DNA of 32,000 nt from Candidatus Omnitrophota bacterium (GTDB lineage Bacteria > Omnitrophota > Gorgyraeia > 2-01-FULL-45-10), in the NCBI GenBank assembly GCA_023818895.1, contig JAMWCX010000001.1, positions 673,692 to 705,691 of the forward strand, in the 5' to 3' direction. Positions within the stretch are counted from its first letter, which is position 1. The number at the start of each line of letters is the position of its first letter. Of this stretch, positions 15,775-23,882 are shown in pieces. The notes under the pieces are model-generated. The model saw only the letters and a program-made list of their open reading frames with translations. It did no database searches and was not told the origin of the DNA. A program made the translations under genes and the position numbers.

Positions 15775-15823
15775 TTTTCAATTCAAATGGCTAAACTTTA
15801 TCTTTGGGCTTTGATTTTTAACT

Positions 15824-16309
15824 TTACAAAGATATCGCCGGTCTTTTCGATCTCTCCGGCTGCTTTAAAATATCGCCATCTTCCTTGTACTTCTTTAATA
15901 TGAAATGCGTCACTGTGCCACGAACGTTCTCCATAGCGGCCAGTTTTTCCGAAACAAAGCTTGACACGGTATGTATATCCTTGCCTTCGACCACGACTAG
16001 CAAGTCATACGTGCCAGACATCAAATAACAACTTGTCACTTCTGGAAATTGATAGATGCGTTCGGCTAGATGGTCGAAGCCGACATTCTTCTGGGGAGTA
16101 AGTTTTACTTCTATCAAGGCGCGCACATCCCTGTGCTCGTCCTTGACCATCTCCTTGTTTATTATAGTTTTGTACTTCAGTATGACACCGTCTTTTTCGA
16201 GCTTGGCAATAGCCGCTCTCACCGCTTTCGGCGTCATCCTGAGCATCCTAGCTATCTCTTCGGGGGTAGTTCTGGCGTCCTTCTCAAGTATTTCAAGTAT
16301 CTGGTTCAT
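15824..16309 (-). CDS. Lrp/AsnC-family transcriptional regulator
   Basis: 161 aa with an N-terminal HTH (ILEILEKDARTTPEEIARMLRMTPKAVRAAIAKLEKDGVI) and a C-terminal RAM/AsnC_trans_reg-like domain. It sits immediately upstream of the aminotransferase. Confidence 0.9.
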   Translation of the reverse strand: MNQILEILEKDARTTPEEIARMLRMTPKAVRAAIAKLEKDGVILKYKTIINKEMVKDEHRDVRALIEVKLTPQKNVGFDHLAERIYQFPEVTSCYLMSGTYDLLVVVEGKDIHTVSSFVSEKLAAMENVRGTVTHFILKKYKEDGDILKQPERSKRPAISL

Positions 16310-16359
16310 CTATCGTCCTTTCTCCTTACTCCAGAGTAAAAACTAACGACCAATAACTA

Positions 16360-16392
16360 GAAGGGGCTCCCTTCATAGGAGGGCGCCCCTTC
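16360..16392 (-). terminator. GC-rich hairpin (putative terminator) between PG-binding lipoprotein 2 and the lrp gene
   Basis: gaaggggctccct-tcatagg-agggcgccccttc forms a 13-position stem with one mismatch (8 perfect GC-rich pairs at the base) and a 7-nt loop. The T-tract on the minus strand is weak (TAGTTATTGG...TTTTT). Confidence 0.45.
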
Positions 16393-16418
16393 CAAAACTA
16401 ATAATTAATAACTAGCAA

Positions 16419-16928
16419 TTATTTAATATCCGCCCCTTCATCCCTACCAGAAGACGCCCGCGCTGAATATAAATACTGGTTCAATGCTTCCCATGTTTTA
16501 GAGCCAACAACGCCATCTGCCTTGAGGCCGTGGGCTTTTTGGAAATCTCGTATAGCTTTACGGGTAGCCTTACCTTTTATGCCATCTATGCTTCCTGTGT
16601 AGAAACCGGCGTTCTTAAGAGCAATTTGTATATCTTTCATCTTCTGGCTTGAGCGTTCGTCTCTTGTCTTTATGCTGATGTTAGATCTGGACATCACCGG
16701 TTCTTTAGAAGACCTTATCTCTTCGAGAGCCTGCGCCTGTTCGGCTGTCATGCGTTCAACCTCTGCCTGCTTTGTTTCGATACCCTCTACTCGCGACTCC
16801 AAGGTATCCACTCTTGTCTTAATCCCGGTGACTTCCTCTTTCATTTTTTTAGGGGTGGTGCTGCATCCCGAAATCATCACAACTGTCAGCATCCCCATCA
16901 AAACGTAAGGTGCGATCTTTCTTCCCAT
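16419..16928 (-). CDS. Lipoprotein with C-terminal peptidoglycan-binding domain (PG_binding_1), paralogue 2
   Basis: I place the start at the ATG at 16926-16928 (MGRKIAPYVLMGMLTVVMISGC, lipobox), which is preceded by GGAGGGAGAAGG. The 23-codon track extension is not credible. It has a coiled-coil middle, and the C-terminus IQIALKNAGFYTGSIDGIKGKATRKAIRDFQKAHGLKADGVVGSKTWEAL matches PG_binding_1. Confidence 0.8.
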   Translation of the reverse strand: MGRKIAPYVLMGMLTVVMISGCSTTPKKMKEEVTGIKTRVDTLESRVEGIETKQAEVERMTAEQAQALEEIRSSKEPVMSRSNISIKTRDERSSQKMKDIQIALKNAGFYTGSIDGIKGKATRKAIRDFQKAHGLKADGVVGSKTWEALNQYLYSARASSGRDEGADIK

Positions 16929-17005
16929 ATCCTTCTCCCTCCAACAATAATTTAATGATTTACTTAAAAGTATACGATAGTAAATTATAAAATGCAAATG
17001 TAATT

Positions 17006-17782
17006 TTATTTAATGTGTTTTGCGGCTTCTTCGACCGACGCGCCATCGTGGACTATCGCCCTTATGGCCTTTATCATGCCTACTGCTTTTGGCGACTGCC
17101 ATATATTCCGGCCCATATCTACGCCCTTGGCGCCTGCCTGCATCGCTTTGTACGCAAGTTCAAGAGCATCCATCTCCGTATCAAGTTTAGGGCCTCCGGC
17201 TATGACAAGCGGCACAGGGCACGATCTGACAACCTTCTCGAAATTGTCACAGAAATACGTCTTGACAACCTGCGCACCCAGTTCCGCGGCTATGCGGCAG
17301 CACAATCCCAGAAATCTTGAATCGCGCTTTTCAAGCTCTTTACCTACAGCCGTGACCGCGAGGACTGGCATGCCGTAGCGCTGCCCCTCATTCACAAGTT
17401 TTCCCAGGCAGGTGAGGGTCTGGTTTTCGTGTTCTGTCCCAACGTATATCGAAAACGCCACCGCGGCTGCGTTCAGGCGTATCGCCTCTTCCATGTCGGT
17501 ATGTATGCTCTCATTGGAGAGCGCCGGCCCTATTATGGAATTGCCGCCGGACACTCTCAGGATAAATGGCATGTCGATACTGGCGTCTACGCAGTTGCGC
17601 AGGACTCCGCGCGTAAGCATCAGAGCGTCGGTGTATGGGATAAGTGGCGCTATAGTCTTAGTCGGCTCCTCCAACTTTGAGATAGGTCCAAGAAAATATC
17701 CGTGGTCTACCGCAAGCCAGACGGCGTTGCCGTCCTTGGGTTTCATCAGTCTTGAGAGTCTGTTCTTCATTCCCCAGTCCAT
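17006..17782 (-). CDS. Class I aldolase of the DhnA/FbaB (DeoC/LacD-like) family, probable fructose-bisphosphate aldolase
   Basis: 258 aa. Motifs seen are LAVDHGYFLGP, VVKTYF (Schiff-base Lys context) and VIAGGPK. Its position next to PEPCK fits a gluconeogenic role. An AroA-prime-type activity cannot be excluded. Confidence 0.85.
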   Translation of the reverse strand: MDWGMKNRLSRLMKPKDGNAVWLAVDHGYFLGPISKLEEPTKTIAPLIPYTDALMLTRGVLRNCVDASIDMPFILRVSGGNSIIGPALSNESIHTDMEEAIRLNAAAVAFSIYVGTEHENQTLTCLGKLVNEGQRYGMPVLAVTAVGKELEKRDSRFLGLCCRIAAELGAQVVKTYFCDNFEKVVRSCPVPLVIAGGPKLDTEMDALELAYKAMQAGAKGVDMGRNIWQSPKAVGMIKAIRAIVHDGASVEEAAKHIK

Positions 17783-17840
17783 GTTTTCCCCTCCTGACTA
17801 TACCTTAAAGAAGGCGAGAATCGTAACCAAAGACATTTGG

Positions 17841-19616
17841 TCATCTTCCTTTAAGCCTTGCCTTAAGGCCGTGCAGTTCTTCCATCAATTCCGTCGGGAA
17901 ACGATCGCCGAACTTGCCGAAGAACTCTTCGGCGTCCTGGGCTTCCTTCTGCGATTCGTGAACGTCTATCGCGAATAATCTTTCCAGATGTTCCTTAGAA
18001 ATCGAAAGGCCGCTCAAGTCCAGGTCTGAAAGATGCGGCAAAAATCCGATCGGAGTTTCCCTGACGCCCACACTGTTATTCACACGATCAATGATCCATT
18101 TGAAGACACGTATGTTATCGCCAAATCCCGGCCACATAAATTTTCCGTTCTCATCTGTCCTAAACCAGTTTATTGAGTATATTTTGGGAGGGTGTTTAAG
18201 CCTCCTGCCTATGGAAAGCCAGTGCCTGAAATAATCTCCCATATTGTAGCCGCAGAAAGGAAGCATAGCCATAGGATCGCGTCTTAAGACACCTTCCTTG
18301 TGGATGGCCGCCGCTGTTGTTTCAGAACCCATTCTCGCGCCCAGGAACACACCATGAGTCCAGCTTCTCGATTCTGTCACGAGAGGTATGGTGTGAGTCC
18401 TTCTTCCGCCAAAGAGGATAGCAGAGATAGGCACGCCTTGGGGATTGTCAAATTCTTTTGAGAGCATGTCGCACTGGTATACGGAAGCTGTGAACCTGGA
18501 ATTCGGATGCGCCGCTTTTTGTCCCAATGCCGGATCAAACTTCTTCCCCTGCCAATCCAGAAGGTGCGCCGGCGGATTACCGTCCATACCTTCCCACCAT
18601 GGTTCGTTTGTTTCGGCATTAAGCGCGGTATTGGTAAATAGTGTCGGGTAAAACGTGCCTTTAAGCAGCGTCTTTAGCATATTGGGGTTGGTCTTCATCG
18701 AGGTTCCGGGCGCGACCCCGAAGAAACCGGTCTCGGGGTTTATAGCCCACAGTCTGCCGTCAGGCCCTACGTTTAGCCAAGCGATGTCATCGCCAAGCGT
18801 CCATACCTTATATCCCGGCAGAGTTGATTGCATCATCGCCAGATTTGTCTTGCCGCAGGCACTCGGAAGCGCCGCCGTTATGTAGGTAATATTCCCTTTC
18901 GGATCCTCAACGCCCATTATGACCATGTGCTCAGCCAGCCAACCCTCCTGCTTACCCAGCCACGAGGCGATCCTAAGGGAAAAACATTTTTTGCCGAGGA
19001 GGGCATTACCACCGTATCCGGAACCGATCGACCAGACGAGATGCTCATCCGGAAAGTGCATGATAAAACGCTTATTGGGGTCGAAATCCCCTACAGAATG
19101 TATCCCTTTTACGAAATCTTCGGACGAGCCTATTTTAGCGATCACATCTTTTGACATGCGCGTCATTATGCGCATGCTCACTGCCACATAAGAGATATCG
19201 GTAAGTTGTATACACGCCTTAGCGTACGGCGACTTGGGATGGCCCATCATGTAAGGAAGCACATACATAGTCCTTCCGCGCATACAACCGTCGGACAGCT
19301 TCGTCATTTTTTCTTTCGCTTCTTTCGGGTCCATCCAGTTATTGTTCGGACCTGCTGTTTCTCTGTCCGGATGGCAGACGAATGTCAAATGCTCGGTGCG
19401 CGCGACGTCTGTCGGATGGCTGCGGTGGAGGTAGCTATTAGGATATGTCCTATGGTTTAGCTCATAGAATACGGGCTTTCCGGCTATCTTCTCTTCTTTC
19501 AAACCGGCCTCAACGATGCGGCGAGCCTCCTCTTCGGAGCCATCGCACCAGTATACTCTATCAGGCTTTGTCAGCCCTGCTACTTCATCGACCCATTTTT
19601 CAAGTGGTGTTGGCAT
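17841..19616 (-). CDS. pckG: Phosphoenolpyruvate carboxykinase (GTP)
   Basis: 591 aa. Motifs seen are RVYWCDGSEEE, FPSACGKTN-type kinase-1a (LPSACGKTNLAM), WLAEHMVIMG, GDDIAWL and FGGRR. This is an unambiguous GTP-PEPCK pattern. Confidence 0.95.
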   Translation of the reverse strand: MPTPLEKWVDEVAGLTKPDRVYWCDGSEEEARRIVEAGLKEEKIAGKPVFYELNHRTYPNSYLHRSHPTDVARTEHLTFVCHPDRETAGPNNNWMDPKEAKEKMTKLSDGCMRGRTMYVLPYMMGHPKSPYAKACIQLTDISYVAVSMRIMTRMSKDVIAKIGSSEDFVKGIHSVGDFDPNKRFIMHFPDEHLVWSIGSGYGGNALLGKKCFSLRIASWLGKQEGWLAEHMVIMGVEDPKGNITYITAALPSACGKTNLAMMQSTLPGYKVWTLGDDIAWLNVGPDGRLWAINPETGFFGVAPGTSMKTNPNMLKTLLKGTFYPTLFTNTALNAETNEPWWEGMDGNPPAHLLDWQGKKFDPALGQKAAHPNSRFTASVYQCDMLSKEFDNPQGVPISAILFGGRRTHTIPLVTESRSWTHGVFLGARMGSETTAAAIHKEGVLRRDPMAMLPFCGYNMGDYFRHWLSIGRRLKHPPKIYSINWFRTDENGKFMWPGFGDNIRVFKWIIDRVNNSVGVRETPIGFLPHLSDLDLSGLSISKEHLERLFAIDVHESQKEAQDAEEFFGKFGDRFPTELMEELHGLKARLKGR

Positions 19617-19624
19617 ATCTTTTC

Positions 19625-20653
19625 CTATTTTTGCGGTTCTATTATAACCTTCATCGAATCCTTTGCTTCCGCCACAAGCCTGAACCCTCTTCCGGTCTCC
19701 GCCAGCGGTAAGCGGTGTGTAATCATATCATAAACGCTAACTTTTCGCGAGCGTATTTTTTCCATCGCCTCAATATGGTCCTGCGGGCTTCCACCGTAAG
19801 AGCTCGTGACGGTGACCTCATTTCGCCAAAAGATATCGTTTATCGGAACCGGCATCATCGCGTCTTTTGTCGCCGCGGTGAAAATAAGGACCGTGCCGCC
19901 GCGTTCAACCGAACGCAGGCCCTGCTCGAAAGCGCTTTGCGCGCCGGCGCAGATTATCACCAGATCCGCCAGATAACCGTCGTTGAGCTCCTTAAGATTC
20001 TGCGGCTTATATGAGTCGGCGTGTATCGCGTGCTCAGCGCCGGCTTTTCGGGCCATTTCCAACCTAAATTCGGAAATATCTGTGGCGATTATGCGCCTTG
20101 CGCCGTTCGACTTCGCGAGCTTTATATGAAGGATGCCTGATATACCGCTTCCCACAACCAGAACCGTCTTGCCCTTCTTTAGATTGGCAAGTCTCTGGCC
20201 GCGCAGCACGCAGGCGAGAGGCTCGACGAACGTGGCCTCCTCAAAAGAGACGCTGCGCGGTATAAGGAATATTCCCTTCTCGACGTTTATCTTGGGAACG
20301 CGCACAAATTCGGAGAATCCGCCCGGGTCGTAATTTGTCGCGCGCAGTGTGTCGCAGGTCGTTTCGTGGCCGTCACGGCAGTAGCGGCATTCGCCGCAAG
20401 GCACGTGATGGGCAACGACAACCCTGTCGCCGGCCTTGTAGCTTCTGACACGCTTTCCTGTTGCCACAACGGTGGCCGCGATCTCGTGACCGAGAACGAG
20501 CGGCACCTTGTGGCTGCGATACCATTCCATGACATCGGATCCGCAAATGCCGCTCGCCTCGACCCGGACGAGCATTTCGCTATCGCCTATCTCGGGCTTT
20601 GCCATCTCCTGGATACGAATATCATTATTGGAATAGTACATTGCAACTCGCAT
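19625..20653 (-). CDS. Zn-dependent medium-chain alcohol/polyol dehydrogenase (threonine/sorbitol dehydrogenase-like)
   Basis: It has the catalytic Zn motifs GICGSDV and GHEIAATV, a structural Zn site CGECRYCRDGHETTC, and an NAD fold VVGSGISG. I place the start at the ATG at 20651-20653 (MRVAMYY...) after AGAGGG. The track's 11-codon extension is unlikely. Confidence 0.88.
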   Translation of the reverse strand: MRVAMYYSNNDIRIQEMAKPEIGDSEMLVRVEASGICGSDVMEWYRSHKVPLVLGHEIAATVVATGKRVRSYKAGDRVVVAHHVPCGECRYCRDGHETTCDTLRATNYDPGGFSEFVRVPKINVEKGIFLIPRSVSFEEATFVEPLACVLRGQRLANLKKGKTVLVVGSGISGILHIKLAKSNGARRIIATDISEFRLEMARKAGAEHAIHADSYKPQNLKELNDGYLADLVIICAGAQSAFEQGLRSVERGGTVLIFTAATKDAMMPVPINDIFWRNEVTVTSSYGGSPQDHIEAMEKIRSRKVSVYDMITHRLPLAETGRGFRLVAEAKDSMKVIIEPQK

Positions 20654-20765
20654 CTTGTTTTGCCCTCTTTGCAATCTATGTCGCAAAGCGCCAAAGGCTA
20701 CGATAAGTTAGCATATCTTATTTTAGCGCCGGCGGCTCTTCTTAGGATCTTTGCGCGATTGGCTA

Positions 20766-21245
20766 TTATATGTATTTTGTTAAGCTTTTTACTATGAAAT
20801 CGGTATTACCTTGAGTTCTGTCAGGTATATTTACCTCGTCTACATGGGTTATGCCCTTCGACTCAAGGACAACTCTTATATTTCTGAAGCATTTCCCCAC
20901 ACCTAGACCGCTCCCGGAAGTAAGAAGGACGATCGCGCGTTTGCCGTGCAGGCCATTTACCTTATCCAAATATGTATTCATTGCTGGCACAGGGGCAAAT
21001 GCCCAGACAGGACAACCGATTACTATGAGGTCATAATTGCTGGCATCAAAATCTATGCCGTCCTGAAGCTCAGCTCGTTGTCTGGTAAATGCCGCGTAAC
21101 ACTGAGCACCGAATGTCATTATCTCCTTAACGGGCTTAAGCCTCTGGATAACGACCTCGCCCTTTTCCTTGAGCTTTTCGGCCCATAAGTTGATAACTCT
21201 ATCCGTATTACCGCTAAATGAGTAATAGGTAATGATGGTCTTCAT
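20766..21245 (-). CDS. Flavodoxin-like fold protein
   Basis: I place the start at the ATG at 21243-21245: MKTIITYYSFSGNTDRV, an FMN phosphate-binding S-x-S-G-N-T loop. LIVIGCPVW is also present. The track's TTG extension (to 21317) is hydrophobic junk running into the AT-rich intergenic region. Confidence 0.8.
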   Translation of the reverse strand: MKTIITYYSFSGNTDRVINLWAEKLKEKGEVVIQRLKPVKEIMTFGAQCYAAFTRQRAELQDGIDFDASNYDLIVIGCPVWAFAPVPAMNTYLDKVNGLHGKRAIVLLTSGSGLGVGKCFRNIRVVLESKGITHVDEVNIPDRTQGNTDFIVKSLTKYI

Positions 21246-21411
21246 AATAGATTGCCTTTCTATAAAAATAAAAAATAATATAATATGCTGTGGGCTAATT
21301 GCGGGATATATTAACAAATAATAAATATAAAGTCAACTTGCACGGCCAATAACCATTTCCTCGCCTACCACTACCATTGTCCACTACAAGATAGGCGATT
21401 AGCAAATTATG

Positions 21412-21420
21412 TGGTATACT
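21412..21420 (+). promoter_or_regulatory. Possible extended -10 promoter element for the FecR / GT-C-TPR gene pair
   Basis: TGGTATACT (TGn + TATACT) lies 30 nt upstream of the ATG at 21450, with the AAGGAGG SD in between. The -35 position (TAGGCG) is poor, as is common for extended -10 promoters. Confidence 0.35.
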
Positions 21421-21449
21421 TAGTAAATTAAAAAAGGAGGATTGATACG

Positions 21450-21920
21450 ATGAAAGTGATTAGGGTCACTATAACTATCATACTCATTTTTTTCGCAGCT
21501 GTCCCATCTTTTGCGGCCAACGCAAAACGAAGCGCTGTGATTGCCGCCGTGCGGGGAAGCGTTGAGGTTAAGCCCCTGAAAGGCGAATGGGTACCGGCAA
21601 AGGCCAACACAACCCTTGCAGAGGGCGACTTTATAAAGACAGGCAAAGACTCCTGGGTCCTGATAAATATAGACGACTCTGGCGAGACCGCTTCTGTCGA
21701 GCTGAAAGAGAGTTCCAACATGGAGCTTTCGCTTCTCTCGATAGACGAGAAAACCGGCGCGACGAGGACGCTACTTGATATGTACGCCGGAGAGGTGATG
21801 GTCAAGGCGAAGAACCTCGGCGGCAAGAAATCCAAATTCGACGTCAAGACCCCGACCTCCATAGTCGCGGTCAAAGGCGACAGCGCCTCGTTTTCCGTCA
21901 AGGTCGAACGAATAGAATAG
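21450..21920 (+). CDS. Secreted FecR-domain protein
   Basis: 156 aa with a signal peptide (IILIFFAAVPSFAANA). The pattern G-S-V-E-V...L-x-x-G-D-x-I-x-T-G...V-x-L-x-x-x-S...F-D-V-K-T-P-T-S-I-V-A-V-K-G-D matches FecR (PF04773-like). A strong AAGGAGG SD lies 9 nt upstream. Confidence 0.8.
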   Translation: MKVIRVTITIILIFFAAVPSFAANAKRSAVIAAVRGSVEVKPLKGEWVPAKANTTLAEGDFIKTGKDSWVLINIDDSGETASVELKESSNMELSLLSIDEKTGATRTLLDMYAGEVMVKAKNLGGKKSKFDVKTPTSIVAVKGDSASFSVKVERIE

Positions 21921-21931
21921 ATGAGGAGGCA

Positions 21932-23812
21932 GTGAAACCGGCCCCCGCTAGAAAAAATATCTCTTCCCTACTCGTCCCTGTATTGCTTATTATCGCCCTC
22001 GGGTTCGCGGTATACGGAAACTCGATAACAGGTAAGTTCGTCTGGGACGATGAATACCTCATAAAATTTAACGGCTTTATACGCAATCTCTCTCGCCTTA
22101 ACATATTATTCCTCACGGATATCGGTGCCGGATCCGGAAGGTGGTTCGGGTTCTACCGACCTCTGCAGATGGCCTCTTATGCATTGAATTACCGGTTCGG
22201 TGAACTGGACGAAAGATGGTATCACATTACTAATATTGTCCTGCACATTCTGGCCGCTCTCTGCGTCATGGCCCTGGTCAGGACGCTATTTAAAGACGAC
22301 CTTGCGGCTTTTTTCACATCTGCCCTATTCCTGGTGAGCCCCCTGCAGACGGCCGCCGTCACTTACATATCGGGAAGGGCCGACCCACTAGCGGCTGTCT
22401 TCTTTTTCCTTGCCCTCATCTTATATATAAGGAATATCGATAGCGAAAATGCCTTCGCTTACGTGGCGATGATTCTTTGCTACGCGGCCGCGCTGCTTTC
22501 AAAAGAACTGAGTCTTGTGCTTCCGCTACTTCTACTACTATATCATTACTCATTCAAGCGGAAGATCAAGGTATGGTATATCATGCCAATGGTAATCTTG
22601 CCCCTTATATATATCGCCTTGCGATTGACGGTCCTGCGTTATACGCTCGCGTTCGGCACAACAGCCCAGGCTAAGACGACTCTACTTCAAAGACTGCCGG
22701 GTTTTTTGGTCGCCATCGTCGAATATACGCGGCTTTTACTTGCGCCTGTCGGTCTTCACATGGAATATGGTAATGTTCTCTTTTCTTTTTTAGACTGGAG
22801 GGCGGCAACCGGCGCTCTTATACTAGCAGGCCTCATAACTCTTATGGTAAAAAACAAAGACAGGAGTTTGGTAATATTCGGCATCGGATTTTTCCTAATC
22901 ACACTTCTTCCCATGTCAAACCTATATCCTATAAACGCCTATATGGCGGAACACTGGTTATACTTGCCCTCTATAGGCATATTTCTTCTGGCCGCAAGTG
23001 GTATAAGCCATCTTGCAAAGAAGAAAGGTGTTGGAATCCTCGCCATCGTCGCAGCTGCGATGGTGGTGGCGTTTTGGTCATACCTTACGGTAAGACAGAA
23101 TACCTACTGGAAGGACCCCATAACGTTCTACAAGCGCACCCTGCAGTTTTCGCCGCGGTCGATACACGCCCTCAATGACCTCGGCAGAATATACGAGGCC
23201 GAAGGAAGGGTCGAAGAAGCGATGGCGCTTTACGAGAAGGCGATAGAGACTGATCCGAAGTTCCCCCTTCCTTATAACAACCTTGCGGTCCTTTACCATA
23301 ATATTGGTAAAGATGAGGAGGCAATCCCCCTTTACGAAAAGGCGTTGAAACTCGATCCAAACTACGGCGACGCATTGAACAACCTGGCGGTCTCGTATAA
23401 CGCGGCCGGAAGAAGCGAAGACGCGATAAAACTCTACAAGAAGGCGATAAAGGTAAACCCGAGTTTCGCTGGCGCATGGTCAAACCTCGGAAGCGTCTAT
23501 TCGTCTTTGGGAAGAAATGACGAGGCGATAGCCGCATTCAGGAAGGCGATAGAAATAGATCCGCGTTTTGCTGACGCCTACTATAACCTGGGATTATTGT
23601 ACTCGAAGATGGGAAATACTGATGAGGCATTTGTTCAATACAGAAAGGCCGTTGCCGCAAACCATAAGCATGGTTTATCGCACATAAGCCTCGCTGTTAT
23701 ATATTATTATAACAGAGAATATGCGAGGGCGATAGCGCACTGCGACGAGGCTGTGCGGCTGGGGATAAAAGTAAAGCCAGAATTTCTTGAAGAATTAAAT
23801 AAATTCCGATAA
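21932..23812 (+). CDS. TMTC/PMT-like GT-C membrane glycosyltransferase-like protein with C-terminal TPR array
   Basis: 626 aa with a GTG start after GAGGAGG. The N-terminal roughly 390 aa is polytopic and has the first-loop motif GKFVWDDEYLI (F-x-W-D-D, as in TMTC/DUF1736 and PMT_2-type GT-C enzymes). The C-terminus has about six 34-aa TPRs (A-x-x-x-Y-x-K-A-I-x-x-x-P repeated). Confidence 0.85.
   Translation: MKPAPARKNISSLLVPVLLIIALGFAVYGNSITGKFVWDDEYLIKFNGFIRNLSRLNILFLTDIGAGSGRWFGFYRPLQMASYALNYRFGELDERWYHITNIVLHILAALCVMALVRTLFKDDLAAFFTSALFLVSPLQTAAVTYISGRADPLAAVFFFLALILYIRNIDSENAFAYVAMILCYAAALLSKELSLVLPLLLLLYHYSFKRKIKVWYIMPMVILPLIYIALRLTVLRYTLAFGTTAQAKTTLLQRLPGFLVAIVEYTRLLLAPVGLHMEYGNVLFSFLDWRAATGALILAGLITLMVKNKDRSLVIFGIGFFLITLLPMSNLYPINAYMAEHWLYLPSIGIFLLAASGISHLAKKKGVGILAIVAAAMVVAFWSYLTVRQNTYWKDPITFYKRTLQFSPRSIHALNDLGRIYEAEGRVEEAMALYEKAIETDPKFPLPYNNLAVLYHNIGKDEEAIPLYEKALKLDPNYGDALNNLAVSYNAAGRSEDAIKLYKKAIKVNPSFAGAWSNLGSVYSSLGRNDEAIAAFRKAIEIDPRFADAYYNLGLLYSKMGNTDEAFVQYRKAVAANHKHGLSHISLAVIYYYNREYARAIAHCDEAVRLGIKVKPEFLEELNKFR
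23159..23770 (+). repeat. About six tandem TPR units (coding repeat within the GT-C/TPR gene)
   Basis: The 34-aa periodicity is visible: EEAMALYEKAIETDPKF / EEAIPLYEKALKLDPNY / EDAIKLYKKAIKVNPSF / DEAIAAFRKAIEIDPRF / DEAFVQYRKAVAANHKH / ARAIAHCDEAVRLG. Confidence 0.8.
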
Positions 23813-23814
23813 AA

Positions 23815-23836
23815 GAGCGCCTCTTAAAAGGCGCTC
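23815..23836. terminator. Hairpin in the convergent gap between the GT-C/TPR gene and ORF B (possible bidirectional terminator)
   Basis: GAGCGCC-tcttaaaa-GGCGCTC has a 7-bp stem and an 8-nt loop. It is flanked by A-rich sequence upstream (gataaaa) and CCTTTAAAT downstream. It lies 3 nt after the plus-strand stop. Confidence 0.45.
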
Positions 23837-23882
23837 CCTTTAAATCAAAATCTCCGTATGTGAACCGATTGTTTATGCTTTC

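Noticed and set aside
16929-16997. N-terminal extensions given by the ORF track: 16929-16997, 20654-20686, 21246-21317, 4112-4117 and 8568-8579.
   Set aside because: Internal ATG starts are preceded by good SD sequences and yield canonical N-termini (lipobox signal peptide, ADH MRVAMYY, flavodoxin MKTIITYYSFSGNT). The extensions run into AT-rich intergenic sequence or use TTG/GTG codons.
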